From assembly GCF_001194135.2 (NCBI RefSeq), contig NC_068983.1:116553152-116595840 (forward strand): a stretch of DNA of 42,689 nucleotides, read 5' to 3'. The stretch is from Octopus bimaculoides. Taxonomy: Eukaryota. The notes below the pieces were generated by a model. It was not told the origin of the DNA and did not search any database. It was given only the letters and a program-made list of their open reading frames with translations. Below, in pieces: positions 22,024 to 34,275 of the stretch (position 1 is its first letter; the number at the start of each line of letters is the position of its first letter). Made by a program: the position numbers and the translations under genes.

Positions 22024-22485
22024 TTATTATTATGACCGGGTTCCAGTCCGGGCCGCAGCAACAAAGTTTACCCGTCACATTTTTCGGTCTATGATCACAG
22101 CCTCGAGGTCCTGAGGCCAGTGTCTGCAACCCTGTTGGCGATGTAAGTTTGACGACGTTTATCCCTTCTTACATCATCATGAAGACTAATTTGGATGCCT
22201 CCAGCTCAGGGTGGCGACACTGACCAGATTGTCACCGCCGTCTTTGCCGCATCTTCTCGTTAACTTTTGGCAGGTCTCCATAAAGGCATTAATTTGACAT
22301 ATGCTGCTGTCATTTCAGATTTAGGGTCATTCGTATCTGCCTTGTGTAGCATTCATTTAGCCCATTTGATCATTTCATTGTCAGTGTCCATGTTTCACTA
22401 CCATATAATAGCACTGATTCAACAGTTGCAATGAACAGCTCGATTTTGATTTGCCTGGGAAATTTGGAGCTCCAAAGCTTCTTAA
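22024..22485 (-). mobile_element. 5'-truncated RTE-clade LINE with (TAA)n tail
   Basis: LKKLWSSK..RQIKIELFIATVESVLLYGSETWTLT and LYGDLPKVNEKMRQRR...CRHPELEASKLV; short tail at 22024-22033. Confidence 0.85.
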
Positions 22486-23300
22486 GTTCCACAATTCCCC
22501 ACAAATCTCGATTGCGCTTAAATCCTATGGTCACTACACCTTAATGCCAGGCCTCTTTCGGCTAGAGATATCACGGCCACAACGCAGCGCAATATTTCAG
22601 TCCAAAATTTCTTGTTATCCTGCACTTGTTTTTCCGATTCCCTATAAATATTAGAACATTCCCTTCATTAAAGATTGAACTTCAACTCTGAATCTCCGTG
22701 GCCTGCTTCTCTTCACGTGCTTACATTTTCTCCTCTGATTTTTCCCAATCATTAAAGCCATCCTTATTGGAAAACCTGTCACGACGGCCTGACTTTACAG
22801 TGCAGTAAAAGGACCCTAGCCTTTGATAGGATCCACTTCCTCAAACGTTGCTCACCATTGTCCCAAATAGTATAAGATATTGAATTTTGTTAAAATAATG
22901 ATAGTGACCATCCAGTTTCCATCCCTTCTTTTTATATTAGCGCCAAGATTTAGGGTTCTGAAAGACAACTACTAAGTTAATTGTAGATCAGTAGCATGCA
23001 GTGATATTACATCTTCAATAAGTTGAGCTGTTATGTTACTCCTGTTTTGTGTAGATGTTCTTAGGAGTGAAGCTAGTTTCTCAAAAGGGGACATTTGTTA
23101 CTTATTCTTCTTTAACTTCCAAGTTTTCCTTATTTCGAAGCGCAGAAAAATTCTGCAAGGTGTGTCTTTGCTAATATTATAGCATTTTCTCACTTCTTTC
23201 TTTGCAAATCTTTTTCGCGACAGATGAATATTCCGTAGTGTACTGGGTATTCTGAGTGAAAATACAATCTGAATAAAAGCAATGAAAAAAATAATCTAAG
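22485..23300 (-). mobile_element. hAT transposase N-terminal remnant (TTF-type zinc finger / DUF4371-like)
   Basis: NGEQRLRKWI...HCK...GFNDWEK and FWTEILRCVVAVI.LAERGLALR match hAT NGE..R.WL, GF.DWK and WR.VL.R..A.I..LA.RGLAFRG motifs. Confidence 0.7.
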
Positions 23301-24352
23301 AAGCAAAACAGGAGATGCCAACAGCCGCGTGAATTCTATTCGTTTAATCTAGTCACAGATGTACTAAACCAGTCAGTTTACACGTATATCTGTTAGTCTT
23401 ATGCATGGGGCAGATAAGTAGGCCTGCAGCCAAAGTTAATCAAATATTAATAGATAAGAATTCAATCAATTAACAGCAACTCGAGGATTACAGATTAAGA
23501 ATTTCGTTTTTATCAAATTAATTTTTTCAGAATTATTTTTTACTTGTATGGGGCCCAAGAAAAAACTTCGGAAAAAATATAGGTTTGAAAAGGAATTGTG
23601 TATTTCGTGTATCTTTCTAAACTTCAAACAACCATGTAACAATGTTTGAGCTTCCACTATCACTTTATTAATAAAAAGGGTGTCTGTAGATGTAACGGTT
23701 CAAATCATTTTGTGAGAGAAGAGGGTACTTTGGATTACAATTAAGATGTGTTGTTACTGGTGACGTCATTGAGTTTATTTTTGTTTCGACATTATTTTTC
23801 GAATTTAAAAAAAAGTCCACCTATTTACTACCAGTAATAGACATCCTCTGAAATAGCAACTAATGTTCAACAGAGAGAACTGAAAAATGGTGATCAGAGA
23901 TAAACTGAAAAACAAGTTGAAGAATAGCACCAGTGACAGTATTAATAATGAATTTTTTTAAGAATGTAGCACGAAAATAGCAATAACAAGAAATTGTTAG
24001 GTTGACGAGGATGAAAAAATACAGGAAAAAGAAAGAAAAGATTAGGCTTAATAGAGTACAAACATTTGAAGAAGTCATTATCCAAAGTTGAAAGGAAAAA
24101 AAAACTTTTTTAATCTGTCGAGTGATGTTCCGCGAAAGAGATAATTCTATAATTATAACAGCCAATTAAAAATTAAAATTTTGAAAGCCTAACAATCTTA
24201 TCATTTTTTCGTAAATATTATCCACCTCCAAAAACTATAGAGGTAGCAATATATGTGAGTGCATGTTTGTTTGTGTATGTGTGTGTGTGTATGCGTTTTA
24301 ATTGCAAGCACAAAAACCTGAAATTTACGGCTTATCGTAAGTTCAAGCAAAT

Positions 24353-24416
<64 letters not shown>

Positions 24417-25682
24417 CCTTTATATATATAGATAGCAGTTTTGAATACTTTTAAGAAATCTTCCGTTTTTGTTATTTTGTTTTTCGTTGATACTTTTTCT
24501 CCATTATTTATTCTATTCTCAAGGGATTTAAAGTTGCTTTAGTTATTGCTGTTGCTAAAGTGGAGAAAATATGATGTTATTTTAGAAAATTTCTTCAAGT
24601 TGATTTTTTTACGAAGTAGATAGCGGAAGGCTCGTTACATGCAAACATTTTGGGAAAGTGGTGACAATCCGGTGTAGAGGGCCCACTAACCATGACAACC
24701 GTTCCTCGAAATTTAAGGAGCCTGGGGCAATTGTCTCTTTTGTCCCTATAAATCTGGTTATGATCATTAAAGGTGCATAATGCTATGTATCAAAAATTTA
24801 AGCGAAAAAAAATCAGAAATACTAAGTTTTTCAAAGAAAGTGTAACAGAAACTGACGTAGATTCTTTAAATCCAATCTATTAGTGGCTCAGTGAAGATTT
24901 GTAAGACATTCCAAAGATTCTCTATCTCAGATTCTTTAGATGAATAGATACACACACATGGGTGTGTGCATCGACAGCTCAACCAACACACCAATTCAAC
25001 TAGATATTTACAAACACCAAGAATTTACAAACTTCAAGATTTTGCCGCTTTTTAGCGATCTGTTTTAAATCTCTTTAGAACTTAAGTCTGAAAGAAAAAT
25101 CACAATCCATGCATAAATATATATATAATCGCCAATGTTAGTGCTGTAATACCTGAATATTTTAGAAGTACAAACAAATTTAAGCCCGAATGAAGTGAAA
25201 GAACAAATTTCCTATTTGCCATGGTATTTGAAAACAATACATTTTCGAATATATGAATTTTAAATGGGAAATTATAATATGACACCATTCCAATATATTT
25301 TATGCTCTATACTACACTGTCCCATACGATTTGTGTGAAATTTAATTACCTTCGCTTATTGGTACATATATTGTTCGTTAAGGCAAACATGTGATATAAA
25401 TTTAAATGGCAAACCGTAAAAGAATAAATAATTCTTTTTATCTTCCATAGTTTTAGAGACCGTATATAAAGTTTTTGAAGGTGTGATTTTAAAATGAGGT
25501 ATTTAAATATATATATATATATACATAAATACCACCAACACGTATTTAGGACACGTCGTGTGATTAAATCTATTGTATTCCTTCTTCATCAATGGATGTA
25601 GAAGATAATTTAAGCAACTTCTGTTTTCTTCATACAAATTCATACGTTATTCACCAGGTTATCGTAAAATTTAATGGACGAA

Positions 25683-25686
<4 letters not shown>

Positions 25687-25763
<77 letters not shown>
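25687..25763. repeat. Perfect (CA)n microsatellite
   Basis: Directly visible. Confidence 0.95.
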
Positions 25764-25769
<6 letters not shown>

Positions 25770-25805
25770 TGTATCCTCGTCTCCAAATGTAGTTCCGTTA
25801 CTATA

Positions 25806-28445
25806 TTGTGACGGATGGTTTAGATACACTGTACCAGTGTAGTAACACTAAACAAGATAACGATGCAGTCGTAATAACAACGTAATGATCCAACAATCTC
25901 TTCACGAACCGACAATCAACATTCCAAATGAACTAACCAACCATCACTTCCGACTTCACTGCGAACAGAAACTTCACTCCGACCGCTACAATTTATAATC
26001 GCTCGGTCCAGTATATTTCGCGCAGTATATTTCTTTTCTTTTTTCTTTTTCCAGCACTACTCCCGCTCTTGATTAAAAAAATAATCTTTTTCGCTTTTCC
26101 TACTGCTGCTTCAACGAGGCTCAATTTCTTTGGGTGCTGGCACCTCAAACATGGCATAGCAGACTTACATTGGTATTTCCTTTCGTTTTTCAGTATGTCT
26201 CGTCTTTAATTGGTTTAGGTGTCACGTATGTTCCCAACGTTGTCCTTTAATTACATACCAATTTTCTTCGACGGAATATACTACATCTTAAAATTGTAGT
26301 TTAGCAATGTTGTTCCCCAGCATTGTAGTCGGTTCGCTGTATGAGTAGGCAATCCCATTTTTGACCCATTAATATTTTTGATCCCTTACTATTTCTGACC
26401 CAAAATAGTAATGGTCGATGGTCGGTTAGTAGCAAAAACCTCCTACCATGTAGAAATTTGTTAAATTTTTTTACTACAAAAATAATCCATAGAACCACCT
26501 TCTCTATTTGACTATACTTTTTATTCTACTGCTATCAGCGAACTTGAAGCATGAACTACTAGCTTCATATTTCCCTCTTTATAATTGAGTAGCGAGACTG
26601 GTCCTATTCCATAATCCGAAACAACCGAAATAACAACAATGTCCATTTCAGGATCGAAATGCGTTAGTGACAAATCAGAAATAAATATTTTTTTTTATCT
26701 CTTTTATCTCTTCGAACGCATTTTGACACTTTACCGACCAATTCCATTTTACTTCTTTTTTCAGTAAATCATTTAATGGTGCTCCCTATTTATGCATGTT
26801 AGGAATGTAATTTTGATAGTAATTTACTAGCCCAATGATAGCTTGTAATGTCACAATGTTATGCGGGGGAGGCATATCTACAATTGCATCTGCCCTCGAT
26901 GGGTCAGGACGTCTTTCATTTTTATCAATAATTTGCCTTAAGTATTTGATTTTCAGCAAAAAGTGTTCACATTTCTCCTAACTCAAAATGAACCCGTGGT
27001 CTCTTATCTTTTCAAACACAGCTTTTATATGCTCGACATGCTGATCACAAGAATTACTTTTAATCAATATGTCATCCAGATATGGAATTGCGAATTGATA
27101 GTCCACCAACATTGCATCCATAACCTGTTAAAATATTACAAGTGCGACCTTCAGACCAAAGGGCAATCTATTATATTTGTACAATCCTCTGTATGTATAT
27201 ACTGTTACATGCTTTGGACATCCCTCGTCAACCTTTATTTGCAGATACACCTCAGACAAATCCAATTTCGAGAATATTTTGCTATCATTTAATTTTGCAA
27301 AAATATCCTCTGGAATAGGAAGTGGATAGTGACATGTCTTTAATCCGTCATTTGGACCCATGGAAAAATCAACACAGCCTAATTTTGTTATTTTATTTTA
27401 TATACATGAAATAGGTGCTGTCTATTTAGAATGATCCACTTTTTGGGTCTTTGTGGTTTTCGTCACTGCACGGCGAAATCTTAAAAAAATTTTAATGTAT
27501 CATACAGATGTAATTTTTGACGCTGAATCCGAATTTGTTATTAATCTTTTCCCGAAAACATTTGTGAAAATGTTACTAGTGTTCAAAATTTGATAATTTT
27601 CAGAATTTTCAGCCAATCAGAAAGCAGCGCGTTCGCTGCCTCTTCGATCAACGGGGTGGGGGTGGGTGCAGTTTTCGCAGTTTTTCTTAACATAGATTTT
27701 CCTATTTTCTTCCACGTGTCGGTGTTAATGATTGAAATGTCGCTACCAGTACCAAGTTGTAATTTAATATTTACTCCGATTACTTTTACGTGTACAAATT
27801 TCTTTATTTGGGAGTCGATCTTACTTTCTACTGAGAGCACTTTAGAATTCTTTACATTTGACCTTCGTACTTTTTTCTGCAGTTTGTGCCTAAACATTTT
27901 ACAACTGTAACACTTTTGGTTTTTAAAAGGACAATTTTTTCTGAAATGTAGGCTTCCGCACCCGTAACTTGGATTAGGACTTAGTAATCTTCTCTGGTTA
28001 TACTTTCTCGGTCGACATATCTGTATTTTTGCGAAATCTGTTTCTTGAATCTTCTTACGCCAGGTTTACCATCCTTAGCCACTCCTCTGCAACAGTCTGC
28101 AGAGTTAAATATTGGTTCGCTTGTTTAATTTTCGAAAGAGTTCTTACCCATATTTCTGACTCTCTATTTGCTGTAAGGCCTTGTACAAATATGAGGCACT
28201 TAAAAATTTCAGGAGTAAGTTCTTTAAGTTTTAAATTTTCACACATTCTGTTGTCTGTTCCTGCATTTGTAATAAAGTTATCATCTTTTTAGTTAAATTC
28301 CAACACTCCATTCAAGTGATAAATAGAACCGAACATGTTAGACAGTAATTTGATTGTTTATTGAAAACAAATTCCAATAGGCTTTTGGGGCAATATGAAA
28401 TTACAGTAGCATTCATGCTCAGACGGAGCTAAATTACGTAATGAT
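25806..28445 (-). mobile_element. Degenerate Gypsy/Ty3 LTR retrotransposon (gag, protease, RT, RNase H, integrase tail, 3' LTR)
   Basis: Gag FKCLIFVQGL and CGSLHFRKNC knuckle; protease LQLGTGSDISII; RT YPLPIPEDIFAKL..SKLDL...RLPFG...YLDDI; RNase [16 protein letters not shown]; RHLNQLKTR tail. LTR ends ...TCCGTCACA at 25806. Integrase core is deleted. Confidence 0.9.
27362..27660. mobile_element. Unclassified DNA-transposon-like insertion between Gypsy protease and RT
   Basis: Interrupts pol homology; contains tttttgacgctgaatccgaatttg, a subterminal-type motif. TIRs not resolved. Confidence 0.4.
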
Positions 28446-28565
28446 TAAAGAACAATAACAACAACCACAAAACAACTATAGTTTGAAAGGATAATCGACT
28501 CCACCTGAAGTAAAAAATCAATTATAAGACAAAATAGGGCTCTAGAGTATTTTAAAGATTGAATG

Positions 28566-29334
28566 AACAAAAACCACCGTCATTGCTAACCCTCCAACTT
28601 TTGAATAACAAACTGACAATAGCTATAATAGTATCAGCGTGCTAACAGTGTCTGTAACTACATATGTTGTGTGTCAACACAGTTGAGTGTTGTGGAAGAG
28701 TAATGTGGAGATTTTTTATGCCGAAGTCTGAGGTGCAAAGAGCAAAGTTTTCATGAATCTAGTCATCCTTCAACTAACTATAACCATACAGTACTTACTC
28801 ACACCTCACCCCGTCACCTGTACATTTTCTCCTTTCTATTCTTATTCCTGTAGTAAAAAGACAATCTTTTTGACCTCATAAATGTTTTTGATCTGCTGTC
28901 TATGAGGATTGATATAAAACTAACCGGCAATATGAATACAATTAACAAAAACAATATGGTCATCGCCACCACCAACGATATCCTCATTTTCGTTGTTATG
29001 AACATCGTCAGTACAACAAAAACCACCGTCATTGCTAACCCTCCAACTTTTGAATAACAAACTGACAACAGCTATAATAGTATCAGCGTGCTAACAGTGT
29101 CTGTAACTACATGTGTTGTATGTCAACACAGTTGAGTGTTGTGGGAGAGTAGAGTGTGAGGATGTTTTTATGCCGAAGTCTGAGGTGCAAAGAGCAAAGT
29201 TTTCATGAATCTAGTAATGCTTCAACTAACTATAACCATACAGTACTTACTCACGCCTCACCCCGTCACCTGTACATTTTCTCCTTTCTATTCTTATTCC
29301 TGTAATAAAAAGAGAATATTTTTGACCTCATAAA
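28566..29334 (+). repeat. Two ~317-bp direct repeats (28566-28882 and 29015-29334) with a 132-bp spacer
   Basis: High identity by eye; offset 449 bp. Confidence 0.95.
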
Positions 29335-29339
29335 GCATC

Positions 29340-30130
29340 TCTGTCTTGGTGCTGTGTTTATTACGTATTTGCCGTATTTATTTATTACGAATTTGCCGTG
29401 CATAATTGCTGATCACCGGCGCTATTGAATTTACCTTACGATTCAAGATGTCTGGAAAGAAGTCATCAAATAGAACTGAGGGTAGCATTGTAAAAAAAAA
29501 ATGTAAAAGTATTACACCATATATATTCAATTTGATGTTTTTGGAGAAATAAAACATGATGCGAAATAAAAATTCAACTGCACTAGCAAACCATTAAGAC
29601 TTGCAACATCTACGACGATAACAGTGAGTAACAGAGAGAAAATGAAGTCAACTGCTCAAGAAATTACTCTGTCAGCTACTATGAAATTTATATTTTCATA
29701 GATCTAAAGTGGGGCTTGAAAAGGTCTTAATTTTGGAAGCATATTCGTGACTGCAAAAGTGTTACACAATCAGAAAATCTATATCAAATTCAGAAAGATA
29801 TTGTGACGCTTGTAAATGATGTTAGAGTTCGAATAAATCATGGATGATGATGTAGTTGATCTATTATCGTCCTTTAGCCCGATTTTCTCCGACGTGGGGC
29901 TAGTGCTGTCTAGAATAAAAGCAAGTTGAAATATTCAGATGATAATACAGAAATTCCATCAACTGCACTTGACATAATTTTGGCAACAAAAAAATGGTTA
30001 TCACTTATGGAGGAAAATCAGCAAACTTTTGCTGAAAACAACTCTAATTGTCAATGTAACATAAAAATTACAAGATGTCTTTACAATGGCTTTATTTCCT
30101 ACACTATAGAAATAGACGGCGCATCATAAA
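29340..30130 (+). mobile_element. Tigger/pogo-like transposase remnant
   Basis: ATG at 29448: MSGKKSSNRTEGSIVKKKCKSIT...LATST...NREKMKSTAQEITLSATMK, CENP-B-type HTH N-terminus; heavily decayed. Confidence 0.55.
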
Positions 30131-31399
30131 CGTTAAACAATTTTAGATAATATTTTGCCCCTTAAGAGTGTTAGTGATGATGGCAGAAGTGAGTATTCCC
30201 CATCCTCTCAGTAATTCTCATTCCACCGCCACCAATATCCCCCACACAACAGTCAACGACTTTTGCCATAAGAACGTACTCTGTTATGATATTACAATTA
30301 TAGCTTATTCTCGAACGTATTTCTCTTCAAACGATTTTATTCATACATCGTACTTGTTATTTTCATGCATACGAAAATATCCACCGGAACACATTACCAT
30401 TTCATAACAAAAATGAAGAACACCAAAATCCAAATTCAAAGAGAGAATTAATATATCTATATATAATATACATATATTAAGTCTCCCTTACATATACGTA
30501 TGCGCAAATGTATATGTAACTCTATAAACATAGAGACTCACCGCCCCTCTACCACACATATATCTGCGTATTTTATATACATATATGCATACACACTAAA
30601 TTATCAAAATGGCACGTACATCCATGTACTTGAAAAGTTATCACTTCCGAAGATTAGTCCATATTGAATTTAGTTATCGCTATGTTTCTATATCTAGGTG
30701 GTAACGATGTCACTTCATCGGGGCACATGCGTTGAAAAAACCCGAAATCTTTATAGATTTATATAATTTTAATTATAGAACAGTATACATATGTGTGTAT
30801 TTGCGTGTGGGCGTGCGTGTGCAAGTGTTGGTGCTTGTGCGTATGTGTATGAATGTGTGTGTGTGTGTGGATGTGTGTGTAAATATATAAAATACATGTA
30901 ACCATCGACTTACGTGCACACGCTTGCATATAAACACACATACATACATATAGATTTATATCCAAACATGTTTCTAGGTGTATACGTGCAGGTGACTTGA
31001 ATATGCAGCACACATGCAGATGCACATGAATATATAAATATAACACCAATTTGTTATATTTGCATATTTACTTTCAAAAACTTTGTTACAGTTTTCTTTT
31101 CATATTACTCCTTTTATCTCAGATTTCTTTTCATCTCCTACCGGTTATAGGAATTCTTTTTATATATATATATTTATATCCATATACACAAATATAGATA
31201 AAGATAACAAGCACATACACACATAATAAAACAGGCATACATACACACAGAAAGACACATGTATCATACATATAACAAATCAGTTGATTTATCTCCCTAT
31301 TTCGCACATATCCTACTGTTTTCACTTACACCGATTTCAGTTTTCAAATCAATATATTGAATTTAGCACTTGTGAGTCACAAATGTAGTTTCATCTCTA

Positions 31400-31414
31400 T
31401 ACATCTCTCTCTCT

Positions 31415-31496
<82 letters not shown>
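31400..31496. repeat. (CT)n tract with periodic TT interruptions, running into a gap
   Basis: Directly visible. Confidence 0.9.
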
Positions 31497-31953
31497 NNNN
31501 NNNNNNNNNNNNNNNNNNNNNNNNNNNNNNNNNNNNNNNNNNNNNNNNNNNNNNNNNNNNNNNNNNNNNNNNNNNNNNNNNNNNNNNNNNNNNNNNNNNN
31601 NNNNNNNNNNNNNNNNNNNNNNNNNNNNNNNNNNNNNNNNNNNNNNNNNNNNNNNNNNNNNNNNNNNNNNNNNNNNNNNNNNNNNNNNNNNNNNNNNNNN
31701 NNNNNNNNNNNNNNNNNNNNNNNNNNNNNNNNNNNNNNNNNNNNNNNNNNNNNNNNNNNNNNNNNNNNNNNNNNNNNNNNNNNNNNNNNNNNNNNNNNNN
31801 NNNNNNNNNNNNNNNNNNNNNNNNNNNNNNNNNNNNNNNNNNNNNNNNNNNNNNNNNNNNNNNNTATATATATATATATATATTAGAAATATAATATTTC
31901 TAAATCTCTCAGAGAGATTTAAGCAGTAGTGGAGCGATAAAGTTGTAGTATAT

Positions 31954-32212
31954 TGTCAACTTAATGTGACAATCCCAATAAGGGAACACACTACTGCCGT
32001 TTAGCCCTAGGAAGCTGGACCGCTTCCTGTCGGCCTTGACACAATTACTGTGTCCTTAAGTTTGCGAAGGGGAGACAAGCTCCCCCACCCAGCCTAGCCA
32101 GCATTCAGGGACATGTTTCTGAGTCTTTGCTCGTCATCAGCCTGAAGTAGCTTGCCAGCTGGATAGAGAAGCCTGTTTCGCCTTCACAAACTTATACATA
32201 TATATATTGACA
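31954..32212 (-). mobile_element. 259-bp solo-LTR-like (or PLE pseudo-LTR) unit carrying a hammerhead ribozyme
   Basis: TGTCAA...TTGACA termini; ATAT at 31950-31953 and 32213-32216; GC-rich relative to flanks. Confidence 0.55.
32088..32163 (-). ncRNA. Type I hammerhead ribozyme, near-intact
   Basis: UUCAGG-CUGAUGA-C-GAG-caaaga-CUC-A-GAA-ACAUGU-C^CCUGAA. Perfect 6-bp stem I extended by AGCUA/UGGCU and CCAGC/GCUGG; GUC cleavage triplet, predicted cut between 32110 and 32109. Confidence 0.8.
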
Positions 32213-32499
32213 ATATTAAAAATAAGGATTACTTTGAAGTAGCAATAGCGTTACCTTTAATTCCATAATTATATACCGCCTTTTAAGAGCAACACATGTT
32301 TCAATTGCCATACATACAAACATAATTGCATAAGAGCATGATCAATATAAAACTAAGTGTATGACTGTATCTCAATTATTGAGACCGCCTTAAAGCATTA
32401 AAATTCTCCTCTTTCCAGCGCCGCCCTTAAGTTTCTCCATATCTTTTTCACAAACAGCGGGCATCGTTGCTTGCAAAACCAAAAAAGGTATTAAAATAA

Positions 32500-32900
32500 C
32501 GATTAATTAATAGATCGGCTAATAAAGGTGTTCATGAAACTCCAGCCTGGAATTGATAAAGACAAAAAACAGATAGACAAAGACCTGTTGCAAAGGAACT
32601 GCAGTGAATTACAAGAGAGGGCTAAAATGACATAGAAGAAAAGAAACGGAGAATGTTTCAAAGCATAAGATATTTTCTGAATTTGAAGAAATAACAATAC
32701 AAGCGAACTATCTCAGGAAAATGGATGTTAAATGCTCCAGCTGTGGTGCAACTATAGCTTTTAAACTGACAGAAGACACGAGCATTATAGGAGGCATTTC
32801 AAATATCAACAGTGTATATTCCTTCAAAATATACCGTCGCTTGGTTCATAGATTAGATAATTTAATTTACTTCGAAAAAGAACTTAAATTTTGCCAAAGT
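32500..32900 (+). mobile_element. Helitron RepHel N-terminal fragment
   Basis: YLRKMDVKCSSCGA (Helitron G.M...C..C.A motif) and SFKIYRRLVHRL (FKI.G...HRIG-like). Confidence 0.6.
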
Positions 32901-33117
32901 CTATACATCATTCATGGTACATCATATCAACTGGAGCAGAGGATGCAACTATTTTAAATATTCAAGAATGGTGTTACATGATAAGGAGTTACTACTAATT
33001 ATAAAGGGTTACTAACTAATTATAATGTTGAAAAACAACACCAGTCCTAGATGTTCTAGATGCTTATCATATTCAAAATAGAATGTTACTCTATCTTTCA
33101 GATGCTTTGTTAGCGTT

Positions 33118-33221
33118 AACACACACACACACAAACACACATACGCGCACACATACACACACGCATGCACGCACGTGCGCGTTCACAAACACACGCACAC
33201 ACATATACACACACATACACG

Positions 33222-33290
<69 letters not shown>
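33118..33290. repeat. Complex (CA)n microsatellite
   Basis: Directly visible. Confidence 0.95.
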
Positions 33291-33291
<1 letters not shown>

Positions 33292-33409
33292 AGAAGTTTT
33301 GAACCTTTTTTTTAGGAGAGGCAATTATAACTGCCCTAGATTATTGTAGCTTTATTATAACAGTCTTATACATCTAAGCTGACGTATCAACTTTCATTAT
33401 TCCAGATTA

Positions 33410-34086
33410 AAGAAGATGGCTATAACAACACTTTGAACACACCTTGCTAAACTCTGTTTTTCACAAATCGTGTTAAACTGGGCAAAAACTCAACAGAAAC
33501 AAATGAAATGCTCCAGACTGTGTTTATGGATTAACTTGCATGATCCGAACAGCTGTTTTTCCTTGGCACAAAAGGCCATGCAAAGCAAGTCAATCAGGAA
33601 GCCCTTGATGATCCTCTTTTTCGACAGTAAAGACAGCATTTATACTCACTAGATTTCATCAAGCTAGAGAGTACTTTGTAAAGATTTAAAGGGAGTTCAG
33701 GAAAAAATTCGTCGCAAAAAGCCAGGTCTCTCTCACTCGGGTCGGTGGTACCTGTTCTAGAACAATGCACCAGTCCACAATTCTATTCTGGTAACTTACT
33801 ACTTGATAGAGACAGACTTCAAAACTCTCGGTCAACATCTCTACAATCCAGACCTTGCTCCCTGTAACTTTTGGTTGCTCCCCGTCTGAACAAGAAGATG
33901 AAGAAGGCTGTGACATAAACCCTGAATACCTTCACTTTGAGAGACATCTATGGGGCTTTCACGAAGTAGCTGGAGCGCTGCAACAAATGTATTAATGTCA
34001 GAGAATCTCACTTGGAAGGAGATTAGAGTTTTGTACTTCTTTGAAATTAATACATGTCCCTTGGAAAAGCTTCAAAATTTTCCGAA

Positions 34087-34087
<1 letters not shown>
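33410..34087 (+). mobile_element. Internally deleted mariner (DD34D-type) element
   Basis: VKLGKNSTETNEMLQ; KAMQSKS..K.LMILFFDSK; IRRKKPG...*NNAPVH...YNPDLAPCNFWL; [10 protein letters not shown]...LEGD*. Confidence 0.85.

Positions 34088-34275
<188 letters not shown>

Noticed and set aside
28985-29012. CUGACGA...GAAA match on the minus strand
   Set aside because: No stem I or stem III pairing; chance match to the hammerhead core.
28814-29068. Hydrophobic 84-aa ORF resembling a membrane protein
   Set aside because: It is the antisense of a degenerate AAC/ATC/ACC-rich spacer and overlaps both direct repeats; no splice or homology support.
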